DNA of 64,000 nucleotides, from contig OZ260661.1 of assembly GCA_965285935.1 (NCBI GenBank), positions 109,430,001 to 109,494,000 on the forward strand. Direction: 5' to 3'. This document shows positions 48,831 through 62,300 of this stretch, piece after piece. The translations under genes and the position numbers were made by a program. The notes below the pieces were generated by a model. That model saw nothing but the letters and a program-made list of their open reading frames with translations, made no database searches and was not told the origin of the DNA. The first letter of the stretch is position 1; every line of letters starts with the position of its first letter. Source of the stretch: Ophelia neglecta (lineage: Eukaryota).

Positions 48831-51050
48831 ATCGTATCAAAAGGCACTAACTCGGGGCAAAAAAGGGTACCCTGTGATCAAAAATAAAATGAATTCGTTT
48901 AAATCACTGTCAATAGGAATAGCATATAATTCAACACACTGGTCATAAACCAATTGCATGGTACACATGTAAATGAACACTACGTTCTCAAGTACTCTCT
49001 GACAAGTTATTTTTAGTTCCAGGGCAAATTATCCTCATGGCCATCTCACGCTGTCTATCAAATAATACATATTCTTTTTATAAATATAGCCTAGAGTTGC
49101 ATTTTTATTTATTCAACTGAATGTTTGAACCAAGTGCCCTATGTAACCATGATCTATAAAACTGCAGGTTCTGCTCAATATGAGCTGGCATGGACCCCGT
49201 TAGTTACAAGCTGATTCCGTATTTGGCAGAAAAACCGCTTACTTCTTTGTGTAAAGGAATCTCTTGGTTAATCTTAAATATTGTGATAATGATAAACCCC
49301 GTGATTCCTGCACTTGATATGAGTCAACTTGAACGGAGCTTCCGATAATCTTGAACAAAGAGCCAAACGTGTGGCGGAAAATTTAAAAAAAAATCTCCCC
49401 GAGAAGCTTATCAAACATTGCGGTTAACCGTAAATTCGTCATCGTATATAGTGTTATGAATATACAGGAAGTGATTCTTAACTTCGTCTTTCAAGGACCA
49501 TCGAAAAAGGGGTCATATTTGCCAGAGGTCGTGGAACAGATAAGCAAGCACTTGCAATGAAATTTCAACTTAAAATACTGAGATGTCGACCTAGTCTCAA
49601 AGTGGCAAAAATGCTCTTCAGTGGAAATCGAGTTCACTGGTACCGGTCTACATGCTATTCATTGACACTGAATGACAGCAAGTTGCACTTGAATATTTCA
49701 AGTCTACGGTGTGAATATTTTGATGTCACGTTGTAATACAAATATGTGGGAGTTGGCAAAACAAACGCTTTTTAAGAGATCCGTGGGGTCTGGGCCTAAA
49801 TAAATATCAAATACTATATTTTCACCCATCGATCTAAGCTACTTTTCTTTGAAAGAAAAAGAACAAAAACGCACAACTTTCGATCACTTGATCAAACAAT
49901 AAGTCGACAAAACAAACTAAGGCTAAAAAATTCAGGGTTTTCCAAATATAGCACAATCAGTGCTATTTTTATATCTTATGTATCAATTAAAAGATTTCTG
50001 TTTACAAATCAGCAAAAAGATGGCTATTCAAACAGTGTGGTGTCCAAATAAAGAAGCCGAACACCGATATGTGACCCGACAAAGTCGTCTGCGGCGGAAG
50101 TCAATTGGGAAAGTTTGTGTCTGATAAATCGATTGGGAAGTATTGTGTATCAAAGGAAGGAAACGGCAAAAAGAGCAAATAGCTCAGATCCGAGCCTAAG
50201 CTTGGGAGTTTCTACTAGGCGGAGCAGACGAAAATCAATTTTGAGCCCTCCCCCGCGAAGAGTTTGAAAATTTTATGAAGGATGTAAGGACGTAGCCTTG
50301 ATGGCGTAGCTCGATGCTCACGTTCTAATTCACAAGTCCCATTTCGCCCGCCTCTTATTGGCTATGCAAATACAGGCTGTTATAAGTATGATGTTATCAG
50401 CTTAACTATTAAAAAGGTGAGTCATTCTCTCCAATCTCTCAATAAATAATGGATACGTGTTTGCCCTTACCTGAGACCTTGATACTTTAATAATCTGGTT
50501 AATTTTCACATTGATTCGCATCATTATTAACCTTTAAAATGCGAACACATTCGTTTACCGTCCCACCTGCAAGAATTCTTCTAAACTGACGTTACATACA
50601 ATACCATGTGCAATAAACAGGGAGCGGCACTATTGATAAGTAGCACTTCAAACACTTCTTAGGCACAATAGACCAGTGAACAGGCACATATTAACGTTAG
50701 TTATGTATAGGGAGGTCAAATTGTAAATTCCCAGGTCAAAGAAAAACGTAATTACAATGGACTTCTCTCAGATCCAAACTTGTTCGTATTAAAAAAATCT
50801 ATCGATCTCCTTGATACTATACCGCAACACAACGACTCAAAAGAGCCGAAAAGAGCCTGCAGCACTCGTGCGGCGGGAGGCTCAAAAAAACAAACCTGAC
50901 CAAACACCAACATGGTTACCATGAATGAGAATTATATTATCAAACAAATGATATTGAAGTATTAACACTAATAACACCATGGCATAATACAGTATTTACT
51001 TCAACTGCTTTAACTTTAAAAGATGGTATTATAATGATTTGGATGTAACA

Positions 51051-51137
51051 TCAGTTTGATTTGGGGGTAACTTCAGTTTGACTTGGGGGTAACAGTTCGA
51101 CTTTGAGGGGAACTTCTGTTTGACTTTGGGGTACCTT
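51051..51137. repeat. ~22-bp degenerate tandem repeat x4
   Basis: Units of the type tcagtttga(t/c)ttgggggtaact. Confidence 0.8.
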
Positions 51138-54100
51138 CATTTTTGCAGGTGTCGCTGGCCAAGGCCGAATTTAAAGTCATACCGAGATGAAATGAATGCC
51201 TTAAGGGGTAGTCATTTACAAGGGAGGGGGAGGGGAAGGGGGGGGGGGAAGAATTGTGACCCTTTTCTGTGGGAAGGGGGTATAAAAACCAAGTCACCCA
51301 TCAAAATTAATAGACTACTTATCTGCATTAATGTATGGCACCAATTTTTTTGTTGCACTTCATCTTGCAATCATCTTGATTATTTTTTCTTTCATATATC
51401 ATATTTTTGTCGACCTTTGAAGTATTTATTTAAAATGCCTTTACCATTGTAGGGTACTTAAGCAGTGCCGTTTTTTGCAATAACAACAAAAATAATTTGA
51501 AAAGATGTATCTACGTGTACGAAATTTACCGAATGTATAAATTAAACCCGGTTGAGAGGATAAGGGGGGGGGGGGGGCAAAGAAGATGCAGTATTTCTGA
51601 CCAGGGGGTGGGGGACGGAGAGAAGGACAGGTGCGGCAGAATTGGCGCAGCCTCGCACATAGTCCGAGATTCCTCTGCCTCTTACACCACGACCATGAGT
51701 TACTTTTTATATGGCATGGTCGCGTTTAGAGTCAGAGATACTCCTGTATCAAAACACGCAAATTTTGCGCATCCACTTTGGATGCGGCCCCCTACCCGCT
51801 TTCTGCAAGTTTCACGGACAGCAAAAAAAATAGAGATACATATCCGCCATCGATCGATTCCTCTGACATTTGCCTCCGCGCACGACTACTCCCGAAAGTG
51901 CATATTGCCATTTTTCACACTCTTTTGTACCTCAAAATATCATTGTTTTCATCCCGCTGCCAGCCATCAGCGACTAGACGACATATCAGTGACGTGTTAC
52001 ACAACTGGGTATCACGTGACACGCAATTCGTCATACATCGACGGGGGTGTTCTCAAGGTTGCAGTGAACTAAATAGCAGTTTTTCCATGCAGTGCTGCCC
52101 CCTGGTAGGTGTTCCAGAGCTCTCAGGGCAATAATAAAGTTGGCCAAGCTGGCCTGTGATTGGCCAAAAAAGGCAGAAAACATACCCGGGTTGCCTGGTT
52201 TATGTGTTAATAGTAAAATTTAGATAGTATGCTTATGAATAGTAAATAATTTTTGACCGGGGATTGTTTTGGAATTGTGGGATTCCGAAAGACCCATGTG
52301 GATATTTTTGGGTTCATTTGTGCGGTATGGCAGCCAAATGTGACAAAAACAAGTAAAATGGCCACTTTTTCTTCTCGAGCCTCTAGCAAAATTTTTTTGT
52401 ACATTTGCTATGCTGAATTTTTGATATTTTTCCCCTAATACATAGGCCTCTAGGCAGAACTAGTCGCTATATGCAGATTATTGTTGTGAAAATACGAAAA
52501 ATGACGACGAAAAGCCTCGATTTAACATGTAAGAGATAGGAGATTTATTTAGTTCCCTGCAACCTCAAGAGCCACTAAGCGCAAACGCGCATGTAACATT
52601 CAGTCATGGCCGCCGCCGGTGGCACAGATAAAGCTTTAAATTTGCAGAAGGATATGAATGCCACTTTATCGGACGAGATAAGCATTTTACACAGAACTTT
52701 GCCCCCTACCACTCCCGACCTGGCCCATTCCCTCTCACACTCTTGCCGCGTCCACCCCCCCCCCCCCCCCCAGTTTATCAACCATCACTGTATGCATAGT
52801 CTCAAAGCAATCCCTCCCCCCCCCCCCCGTCCTGCCGCCTCCCTTCCACTCTGTCCCCCTGCCACTGCTGCGCTGGCCTATCTCCCCTTCCAGTCCTGCC
52901 CCCCCCCCTTCATCCCATTCCTGCCGACCCGCCCCACCCCAAACTTTCCTCCTTCTCCTGCCACCTCCAATCTGTCCTGGCCCATTGCCCCTCCATTTCT
53001 ACTCCCCCTCCTGTATCAATCATCAATGTATAGTCTCAAATGCAGCTCTCCCCCTATAATGATAATACACCGTAACTTTAGAGGAGCGTCACGTGAACCC
53101 ATCCGAAGCCTGTAGGGTTATAGTATACAATCATGACTGGATTCTGATATCTATGATGTAGGCCTAAGCATGAAAGGCAAACCCCATTTACAATGGTGTG
53201 TAAACGCGTACACAAATTCAATTATATTATGTGCACTGATGTATATGAATATCACACTGTCTCAATTGCAACATTTTTCGTTAGGCGCATTGATCAGACG
53301 GATCCCAACCACAAACTTGATGCCTTCTTTTGAGTCAAACATTAAATCGAGAACAAGTCATATTTTTTTTGCGTAATATGAACTTGTTTTTAAAGGGTCC
53401 GGTATATACAATTAATGCAAAAAGTCCTGTCCAATACCTAGAACCGTTTGGGAAAAAGTACAAGGTGTTTTTCAAGACAAGACACTGAGGACGTTTCAAG
53501 ACCAGCTAGTAGACCGTTTTCTCCAAAAGCAAGGTGAGGTTTCTAAGAAAGTGCGTGTGTATAGGGTTATATTATATATGACTTTACAAATGTTACTGTA
53601 CACTATTCACAGACGATGACCTATGCTTTGCCTTAAACATGTCACAATTCTCGCTATATAAATACTTTAGAATGTATTTTTGTCGATATCCTGGAGAAAA
53701 ATGGTGGGTTTTCCCTCCTGACTGTGATGTCACTCCCCCTTTAAATTGAAGGGAATAAGACGGGGGGCGGAGGGAGGGAGGATCCATCATACAGCAGTAG
53801 CCACCTCCATGGGTTCAACTAGAGCACGGCCACTATGATCCCTCGGTATGGCGGTGGAGGGAGGGGGGGAGGGGGGGAGGGGGGGGGGGGTTTCCACCCT
53901 GCAGTAGCCCCGTCCGGTGATCTGTCCTCCAGTGTTCTTTAGGTGGGTCGGTGGAGAAGGGAGGAAAGATTCATCCTATCGTAGTTCTTTTTCATGTTAC
54001 TTTCCAATCTTTTTTTTGTGAAAATATCAGTTGAAATGGCTGAATTAGTAATTTTTACATAAATATGAAGATAACTTCGAAAATAATCGTCGGTAGCAGA

Positions 54101-54192
54101 AATCAATAATCAATTTGCATATTACGTCACGCGAGGACACTGTTCAACAGAAAAAAAACACATAAAGAAATGCAAAACAAGAACAAAAAACA

Positions 54193-54280
54193 GCGGCAAT
54201 TTGGCACAGTTGGTTAGGCGATCGACTTTCACTTTTAAACCCTTTGATCAGCAGGAGGCTAGTTCAAGACTCATCCAGGA
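54193..54280 (+). mobile_element. tRNA-derived (Pol III) SINE-like head
   Basis: A box TGGCACAGTTGG (54202-54213) and degenerate B box AGTTCAAGACTC (54261-54272). No complete cloverleaf. Confidence 0.5.
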
Positions 54281-54678
54281 TGAGTATCCTTTTTTAATTA
54301 TATTGTTCATACTCTTTTTACTTTCTTTTTTTTTGTTCCTTGAGATATATAATGATAAAGCACAATTTAACAATATGTCTTTTTTTCTTGAAGAAATCAA
54401 CTATTTTTTTGCTAAGAAATCCCGATGGAGATGTCTTATGAACACGATGAATGCCTAGTCGTTGAAAAGCTTGCAGTGTGCGTGAACTAACGATTACTGC
54501 AGTGCGAGATGTCAATGATGTTCCACAAGTCTATCCCTCATCTCTCAATATACCCCCAAGGTTTAGAGAGACTACTTTCCGGAAAAAATAGAGAGAAAGC
54601 TTAGCGTGAAAGTTTCATAAACTGTCGCCGTAGAGAGACGTAGGAAGGAAAATCAAAGTGAGGGGGCCAACTTTACAT

Positions 54679-54800
54679 CAGCGGCATAAAGAGTGGGGGG
54701 GGGGGAGGGGGGGGGGCAAAACATATGATGACCCCCCACTTTTTTAAGTGGGAGGCACCCCCCCCCCCCCCCCCCGACCACCCCTCTTCCTACGCAACTG
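54679..54800. mobile_element. Short hAT-like MITE (CAGTGGCGTA...TACGCCACTG type)
   Basis: cagcggcata...(G)n caaaacatatga...(C)n...tcctacgcaactg. A related right end (ccaacgccactg, ~55046) shares ggggcaaaacatatga. Confidence 0.5.
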
Positions 54801-57800
54801 TACGTTGATCTTTACTAGCCAAAAAACATTGAATAAATAACATTATTGGCTGTGTAATGGGTTTGTAAATAACCTGCCCACAGGTAACTATATGATTATG
54901 GTCAAGCCAACTGAGGACAGACGCTTCTGACCACTGCTGCAATACACCATTGTGAGAGGGCAAAAAGTGAGAGGGTCATCATGAAAAAGTGTGGGGGGGG
55001 CAAAACATATGAAGCCCCCCCCCCCCCTTCGCTTCCAACGCCACTGCCGTATGAACCACATGAAGCTGTGCGACCCGTGGCCGGATGTGACCCCAGCATA
55101 TGACCCCGTGATCTGTACATTGATTTATGATTTCTGCTTCTTAAAGTTATTCCGTCTAAACTTGTCTTCTTTATGTGAAATGTTCCTGGTATAAATGTCG
55201 ACACAATGACTACATGTAAATGTCATTTGCGTTTTAATGAATTCGTACCACCGTCGGCAAAACAATAGCAAATTAACACCTTCTATCCAGCTTTTATCTT
55301 TTGAATTGTTTAAAAATTGGGGCCGTTAGGAAAGGCGCATATTTACCTAGGCCCTTGTACACTTTGTGGGGGCCGGACGAAACTTGACAAAATTATCAAC
55401 TTCAATCTGACGTCATATCAATAGGGCCGAGTCAAAAGTCAGAATACAGATTTTATTTCTGGTCTTATTTTAAACGGATAATCCCGTTCAAATTTCACTA
55501 AATTATTAGTCCAAGAAGCAACATGACTTTAATGAGCAAATGATTGTTTCCTAAAGAAATTACCTCCCATTAGCAGTCGGCATCCAATTAATGTCCATTC
55601 ACCACTGTTTTGTACTTTGCACAAGGGAATAGCAAGTTGTAATTATTAAAACAATATCATGGATTCGGATATGGCACATATACTGCAAGTTATATCAAAT
55701 TTATTTATTTTTAATTATTTATTCCGTTTCAAAAATATTATCATATAGTGAATCTGACATCAATTTTTATGTGCCTTCATGTTCAAGACGTGTCGTGGTG
55801 ACTTCAGTCCATTTAGGCCTACTGGATTTCTTCTGATTAACCACTTTGCATTGTCTGCCGGGTATACAATTCCATATTTCTTAGTAGGGTTTTGATTCTA
55901 GAAAATGCATACATTATCGAAACATCTCAATCAATGCTCGAAAGGGCAGATTTTGCTCCAACCATGCGAACGTCTCTGGCCGATATAAAGGCCTATGCAA
56001 ACCCAATATTATCTAATACGATCGGGTCACAACGCATACGATATACGGGGTGTGTGAGCGAATAGGACATAATCATAATGGTGGTTCTCTGGGGGAGGTG
56101 TTGGTAAGAAATTACTCCTAGGGTCTTAGGAGATTTCTTAGCAATTTATGGTCATAGTATTCAATTTCACCTTTTTCGCTTGTCACCATGGCAACGGAAT
56201 CAAGCACCTTTCACGAGACTAACTTGTTTAAAAAAAATAGGGCATTAAATGATCATACATGTATATGATTACTAAAGGAACTGCGTTTCAGACATCGCAA
56301 AAAAAAATTCGCACCATGTTAAGTATTAATTTATCAATTTAGACCATAGTAATAGTTAAAACAGGACAATCTCCTTACTTTCTCAAAAGGTCTGAAATCT
56401 AAGGGGTTGTTAGGGTAAGGTTTTCCTCATCGGAATATCCAACGGAAAAAGGGAAGTTTAAGTCGAATTTAGCGAATAAATTGGATAGAGGGCAAAATGG
56501 TTTAATAATGCTTTATTAATAACACGTGAAACTCGAACGTTGTCTCTTTTTTCTACTTTTTGCTTTTAATACAATTGATATCATGTTTTCCTGTTATCTT
56601 ACGTTGTATGTTTTGTATAGCATTAGATCCTTACGTCTCACCACAAATGTCTCACCTTTCAACACCCGAATTTAACTAAGAAAGTATGAGTTTGTAAATG
56701 TCCATGCATCTCGCCGCCTGCCCATGGGCATATACATTGTAGGGCTAAATAAACATATCTTTTTTTATACAATTCTACAAAGTTTCTAAAAGGGTGGTCC
56801 CACCAAGCCATGAAATTATATAGATATATCTGTATTTGTATAAAACACAAAAAGAAGCCAAGCATGTAAACATATGATGACCCCCCACTTTTTTAAGTGG
56901 GAGGCACCCCCCCCCCCCCCCGACCACCCCTCTTCCTACGCAACTGTACGTTGATCTTTACTAGCCAAAAAACATTGAATAAATAACATTATTGGCTGTG
57001 TAATGGGTTTGTAAATAACCTGCCCACAGGTAACTATATGATTATGGTCAAGCCAACTGAGGACAGACGCTTCTGACCACTGCTGCAATACACCATTGTG
57101 AGAGGGCAAAAAGTGAGAGGGTCATCATGAAAAAGTGTGGGGGGGGCAAAACATATGAAGCCCCCCCCCCCCCCCCTTCGCTTCCAACGCCACTGCCGTA
57201 TGAACCACATGAAGCTGTGCGACCCGTGGCCGGATGTGACCCCAGCATATGACCCCGTGATCTGTACATTGATTTATGATTTCTGCTTCTTAAAGTTATT
57301 CCGTCTAAACTTGTCTTCTTTATGTGAAATGTTCCTGGTATAATGATTATGGTCAAGCCAACTGAGGACAGACGCTTCTGACCACTGCTGCAATACACCA
57401 TTGTGAGAGGGCAAAAAGTGAGAGGGTCATCATGAAAAAGTGTGGGGGGGGGCAAAACATATGAAGCCCCCCCCCCCCCCGCTTCCAACGCCACTGCCGT
57501 ATGAACCACATGAAGCTGTGCGACCCGTGGCCGGATGTGACCCCAGCATATGACCCCGTGATCTGTACATTGATTTATGATTTCTGCTTCTTAAAGTTAT
57601 TCCGTCTAAACTTGTCTTCTTTATGTGAAATGTTCCTGGTATAAATGTCGACACAATGACTACATGTAAATGTCATTTGCGTTTTAATGAATTCGTACCA
57701 CCGTCGGCAAAACAATAGCAAATTAACACCTTCTATCCAGCTTTTATCTTTTGAATTGTTTAAAAATTGGGGCCGTTAGGAAAGGCGCATATTTACCTAG

Positions 57801-59317
57801 GCCCTTGTACACTTTGTGGGGGCCGGACGAAACTTGACAAAATTATCAACTTCAATCTGACGTCATATCAATAGGGCCGAGTCAAAAGTCAGAATACAGA
57901 TTTTATTTCTGGTCTTATTTTAAACGGATAATCCCGTTCAAATTTCACTAAATTATTAGTCCAAGAAGCAACATGACTTTAATGAGCAAATGATTGTTTC
58001 CTAAAGAAATTACCTCCCATTAGCAGTCGGCATCCAATTAATGTCCATTCACCACTGTTTTGTACTTTGCACAAGGGAATAGCAAGTTTTTATTATTAAA
58101 ACAATATCATGGATTCGGATATGGCACATATACTGCAAGTTATATCAAATTTATTTATTTTTAATTATTTATTCCGTTTCAAAAATATTATCATATAGTG
58201 AATCTGACATCAATTTTTATGTGCCTTCATGTTCAAGACGTGTCGTGGTGACTTCAGTCCATTTAGGCCTACTGGATTTCTTCTGATTAACCACTTTGCA
58301 TTGTCTGCCGGGTATACAATTCCATATTTCTTAGTAGGGTTTTGATTCTAGAAAATGCATACATTATCGAAACATCTCAATCAATGCTCGAAAGGGCAGA
58401 TTTTGCTCCAACCATGCGAACGTCTCTGGCCGATATAAAGGCCTATGCAACCCCAATATTATCTAATACGATCGGGTCACAACGCATACGATATACGGGG
58501 TGTGTGAGCGAATAGGACATAATCATAATGGTGGTTCTCTGGGGGAGGTATTGGTAAGAAATTACTCTTAGGGTCTTAGGGGATTTCTTAGCAATTTATG
58601 GTCATAGTATTCAATTTCACCTTTTTCGCTTGTCACCATGGCAACGGAATCAAGCACCTTTCACACGACAAACTTGTTTAAAAAAAATAGGGCATTAAAT
58701 GATCATACATGTATATGATTACTAAAGGAACTTCGTTTCAGACATCACAAAAAAAAATTCGCACCATGTTAAGTATTAATTTATCAATTTAGACCATAGT
58801 AATAGTTAAAACAGGACAATCTCCTTACTTTCTCAAAAGGTCTGAAATCTAAGGGGTTGTTAGGGTAAGGTTTTCCTCATCGGAATATCCAACGGAAAAA
58901 GGGAAGTTTAAGTCGAATTTAGCGAATAAATTGGATAGAGGGCAAAATGGTTTAATAATGCTTTATTAATAACACGTGAAACTCGAACGTTGTCTCTTTT
59001 TTCTACTTTTTGCTTTTAATACAATTGATATCATGTTTTCCTGTTATCTTACGTTGTATGTTTTGTATAGCATTAGATCCTTACGTCTCACCACAAATGT
59101 CTCACCTTTCAACACCCGAATTTAACTAAGAAAGTATGAGTTTGTAAATGTCCATGCATCTCGCCGCCTGCCCATGGGCATATACATTGTAGGGCTAAAT
59201 AAACATATCTTTTTTTATACAATTCTACAAAGTTTCTAAAAGGGAGGTCCCACCAATCGCCATGAAATTATATAGATATATCTGTATTTGTATAAAACAC
59301 AAAAAGAAGCCAAGCAT
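54719..59317. repeat. Near-identical ~2.15-kb tandem duplication; copy 2 carries an extra ~305-bp internal tandem copy
   Basis: Copy 1 spans 54719-56865 and copy 2 spans 56868-59317. Inside copy 2, 57038-57342 is repeated at 57343-57644. About 15 differences seen by eye. Confidence 0.97.
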
Positions 59318-62300
59318 ATTACCTGCATGTGGGATTTGACATATTATCACCCATTTGCTTAATTAAAGAGACTTAACTTCTTTTCCCGAAGTGCTGTAAG
59401 TGCATCATGCATCGACATGTCAAAGAAAACTTTCTGGCACAAACACGCTTACTGACAGGTTTCGGGGGCTTTCCTTTTATTAGGTGGCAGCTGGTAGCAA
59501 AACAATAATATAAATATTTGATTAGCTAGCCTGTTTTTTACGCGTATTTGTGTGGGCGTCGCTTTGATACTTTGAGGTACGTAGGCAGGCGTATATATAT
59601 AGGCCTATATAGGTTACTAAATCGGATCATATCATCTGGTGAAATTAATTTCTGAAATGCCTTTCTTGCATAAGCCTTGTGGTATGTGTATAAAAAAACC
59701 CATAAAACAACTTTCCCTGATAAACAGGAAAGATAATCAAGCTCACGACCCTGTTTATGAGACAAATAGTTCGATTTCATTGATTTTTTTACATAAACAA
59801 TACTTTTTTCTCCTATTGCATTATTTAAAAGATGATTCATAAATTAAACTTTAATCCTGGTTTTGATAGTGTGGTAGCGAGACAACCAAATATTATTTGA
59901 TTATATATATATTTTTACTTTATATTTATGTTCCTATATTGCATTCTAGATTTAATGATGCAGTTGGAAACCTGCTTTCAGGTTTGTGATAAAGCTTGAA
60001 CTGAAAATACTCTGAATGGTTGTTTCTGCATATGAAACCCATTGTTCCCTTTAATATTGTTGTTGTTATGTCAGTGTGTGTGTTTCTGAGGTTGATTTTA
60101 TAACGATGGTGTTGCATTCCATGCCATTCATGGCTCAGCCAAAGGGCATGCAAATAGATCTGCACAAAAAAAACGCGATCATTTAAAATTTGAACTGCAT
60201 CGGAATTTTTCGTGTGAGCTACCCCATGATAAATATATTACCATCGTAATGAGAGTCATTTAATGAGAGTCATTTAATTAAAACCCAAATACATTAACGT
60301 TCTTCTTGTTGATGTGCTACACCGAACACTGTATACAATAGAAGACTATAACAACGAAGACACACTATAATGACATGCATTTCTTCGAGCATTTTCAACG
60401 TTTTAAAAAAATGTTCAGAATATATTTGTAATTAAAAAAGTTATCTTTTGTGTATTCTGTATTAGTTTCACAAAGCGTTGACACATAACAACCAGATTTT
60501 ATTACATTCACTGTGTGCTACAGTGGCCAATAACAGCCATGAATATCATAGCCACAGTTTTTTTTCCTTTATTTATTGGGATACGGCGATTATCGATAGT
60601 TAAGAAGTTTCCTAAAATCTTGCATCAGCGAGTTTTGAAGGTTAGTGTCCACATTGATGCTACAATTCTTTGAAGTTAAACCGAAATAGAACAGAGGCAT
60701 GTTGTTCAATGAACTATACGTCTATATAAATAATGTGATAAGGTTAACACGCTAAATTTACTTAAACTACATTAGAAGCAATGGAAAGTCTCGAAAGTCA
60801 TTATAAAAACCTAAAAGGAAAGGTTTGCACACATCGTCCTGAATGTAACAATGGGTGTCAGTATATCAAGAAAGATTGACAAACGATTATAACTGCAAAC
60901 TTTCGGAGTGTCCGGGATACGTTTGTTAAAATAGATGAGGTTGATCGAAGTAGATATATGATTCCCCTTGAAGTCAGTTTGACTTAGTTCTTATTCGTGC
61001 TATTGTAGTCTTATCTTTTGTGTTTTTCAAGGTGAAATAGGTTTGTATTTCAAGGACTTGGGGATAGGTGCTGATGAACTTTCTTCCTTAACAATGCAGC
61101 TCCAAGGCCTATATTATACCGAATGACTCAACCCAAAATGATCGAGTATTTGGCAAATCCACTTGCCTTTATGTTTAAATACGTCTTGGGGGAATGTGAT
61201 CGAACTAGGCCTACACAATTAAACCTCATCTGTGTCACCACAACTCAATATGTTTGTAAACAAATCTGTAACCACAACCGCTATGTCAGTAATATAATAT
61301 GTTCTTGCCTTTCGGCACTAAACTTTTAAGGCTATGTTCCCGGTTAACTTTCTAGTGGTGATTTAAGATAGCATGTTGGAAGAGGTTTGGGACCTACGTT
61401 TTTGTAATCATTTTCTTATGTATTAGACTGTTTGCTAATGTTTGATCGGAACCAAATTAACATAAAAACAAGTAAAGGTCTCATTCCTCAAAAACGTTGA
61501 TGTGAATGTGCAACATTAACCGGCGAAGATTCATGAATGATGTTGTATGTTTCCTTCGTATTCCGCCTACTTCATAGGTGATTCAATTTGTACCAATATC
61601 TGCAGAGCATTTGCTTTAAGACAACATTAATATGTGTATATTAATATAATAAACATTATAATCGGGGGAGTGTTCAACATAATGATTCCTGAACAGCTTA
61701 TAAAACCCCACCCACCAACCCAACCCCCACCACTCCCTCCTCCCGGCCCCAATTTTGATGTTGTGTTTACTGTTCCTGACGCCAGACCAAATTAGGCATT
61801 TCATAACATGGTGTTTGAGATGATAAACATCTATTTTCACTTGTTCCGGTTTATATAATGGAAATCAACGGTCACCATAGGTCTCAAAAAACAAAACAAA
61901 AGGCAAGGTGACACTCATAAACCTATACTGGAAGAGTTAATTAGATAATAGAAAGAACTGTCGGGCCTAGTGGTATATTACTGAAAGCCTTTTGAGGAGA
62001 ACTACCAAAGAATAGACACCAAAACAGTTTTAAGTGATATCTTAAACCGCTAAGACACTTTACCGATTTAGAAGGTGGGGTTGAACATTTAAAATGTCAG
62101 ATGGTTCCTCAAACCTCATTTCTGTTATTCATCACATCAAGGACTGGGATGAGTTCGAATATGGTTGACCATGGCCTAATATGCCTATCAGATCTAATAA
62201 CTTTGCCTTATAAAAAAATGTGTACAGCAATCTTTTCGAAGTAGCCTCATATGTATAGATATATGCATTTATCTTGATAATTAGGTCTGTGCTAACTTTG

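Noticed and set aside
52093-52109. CTCF-like site tgctgccccctggtagg as a domain boundary
   Set aside because: A single imperfect motif in the same orientation as the one at 5287, so there is no convergent pair.
51497-53115. 191-aa and proline-rich 169-aa ORFs
   Set aside because: Driven by G/C homopolymers and low-complexity sequence, with no domain signal.
54193-54280. Functional tRNA gene
   Set aside because: No acceptor or anticodon stems could be folded, and the B box is degenerate. Kept only as a SINE-like head.
54902-57654. Repeated short ORFs (MSTFIPG.../MGGAKH...)
   Set aside because: They recur only because of the tandem duplication and run through MITE poly-G/C tracts.
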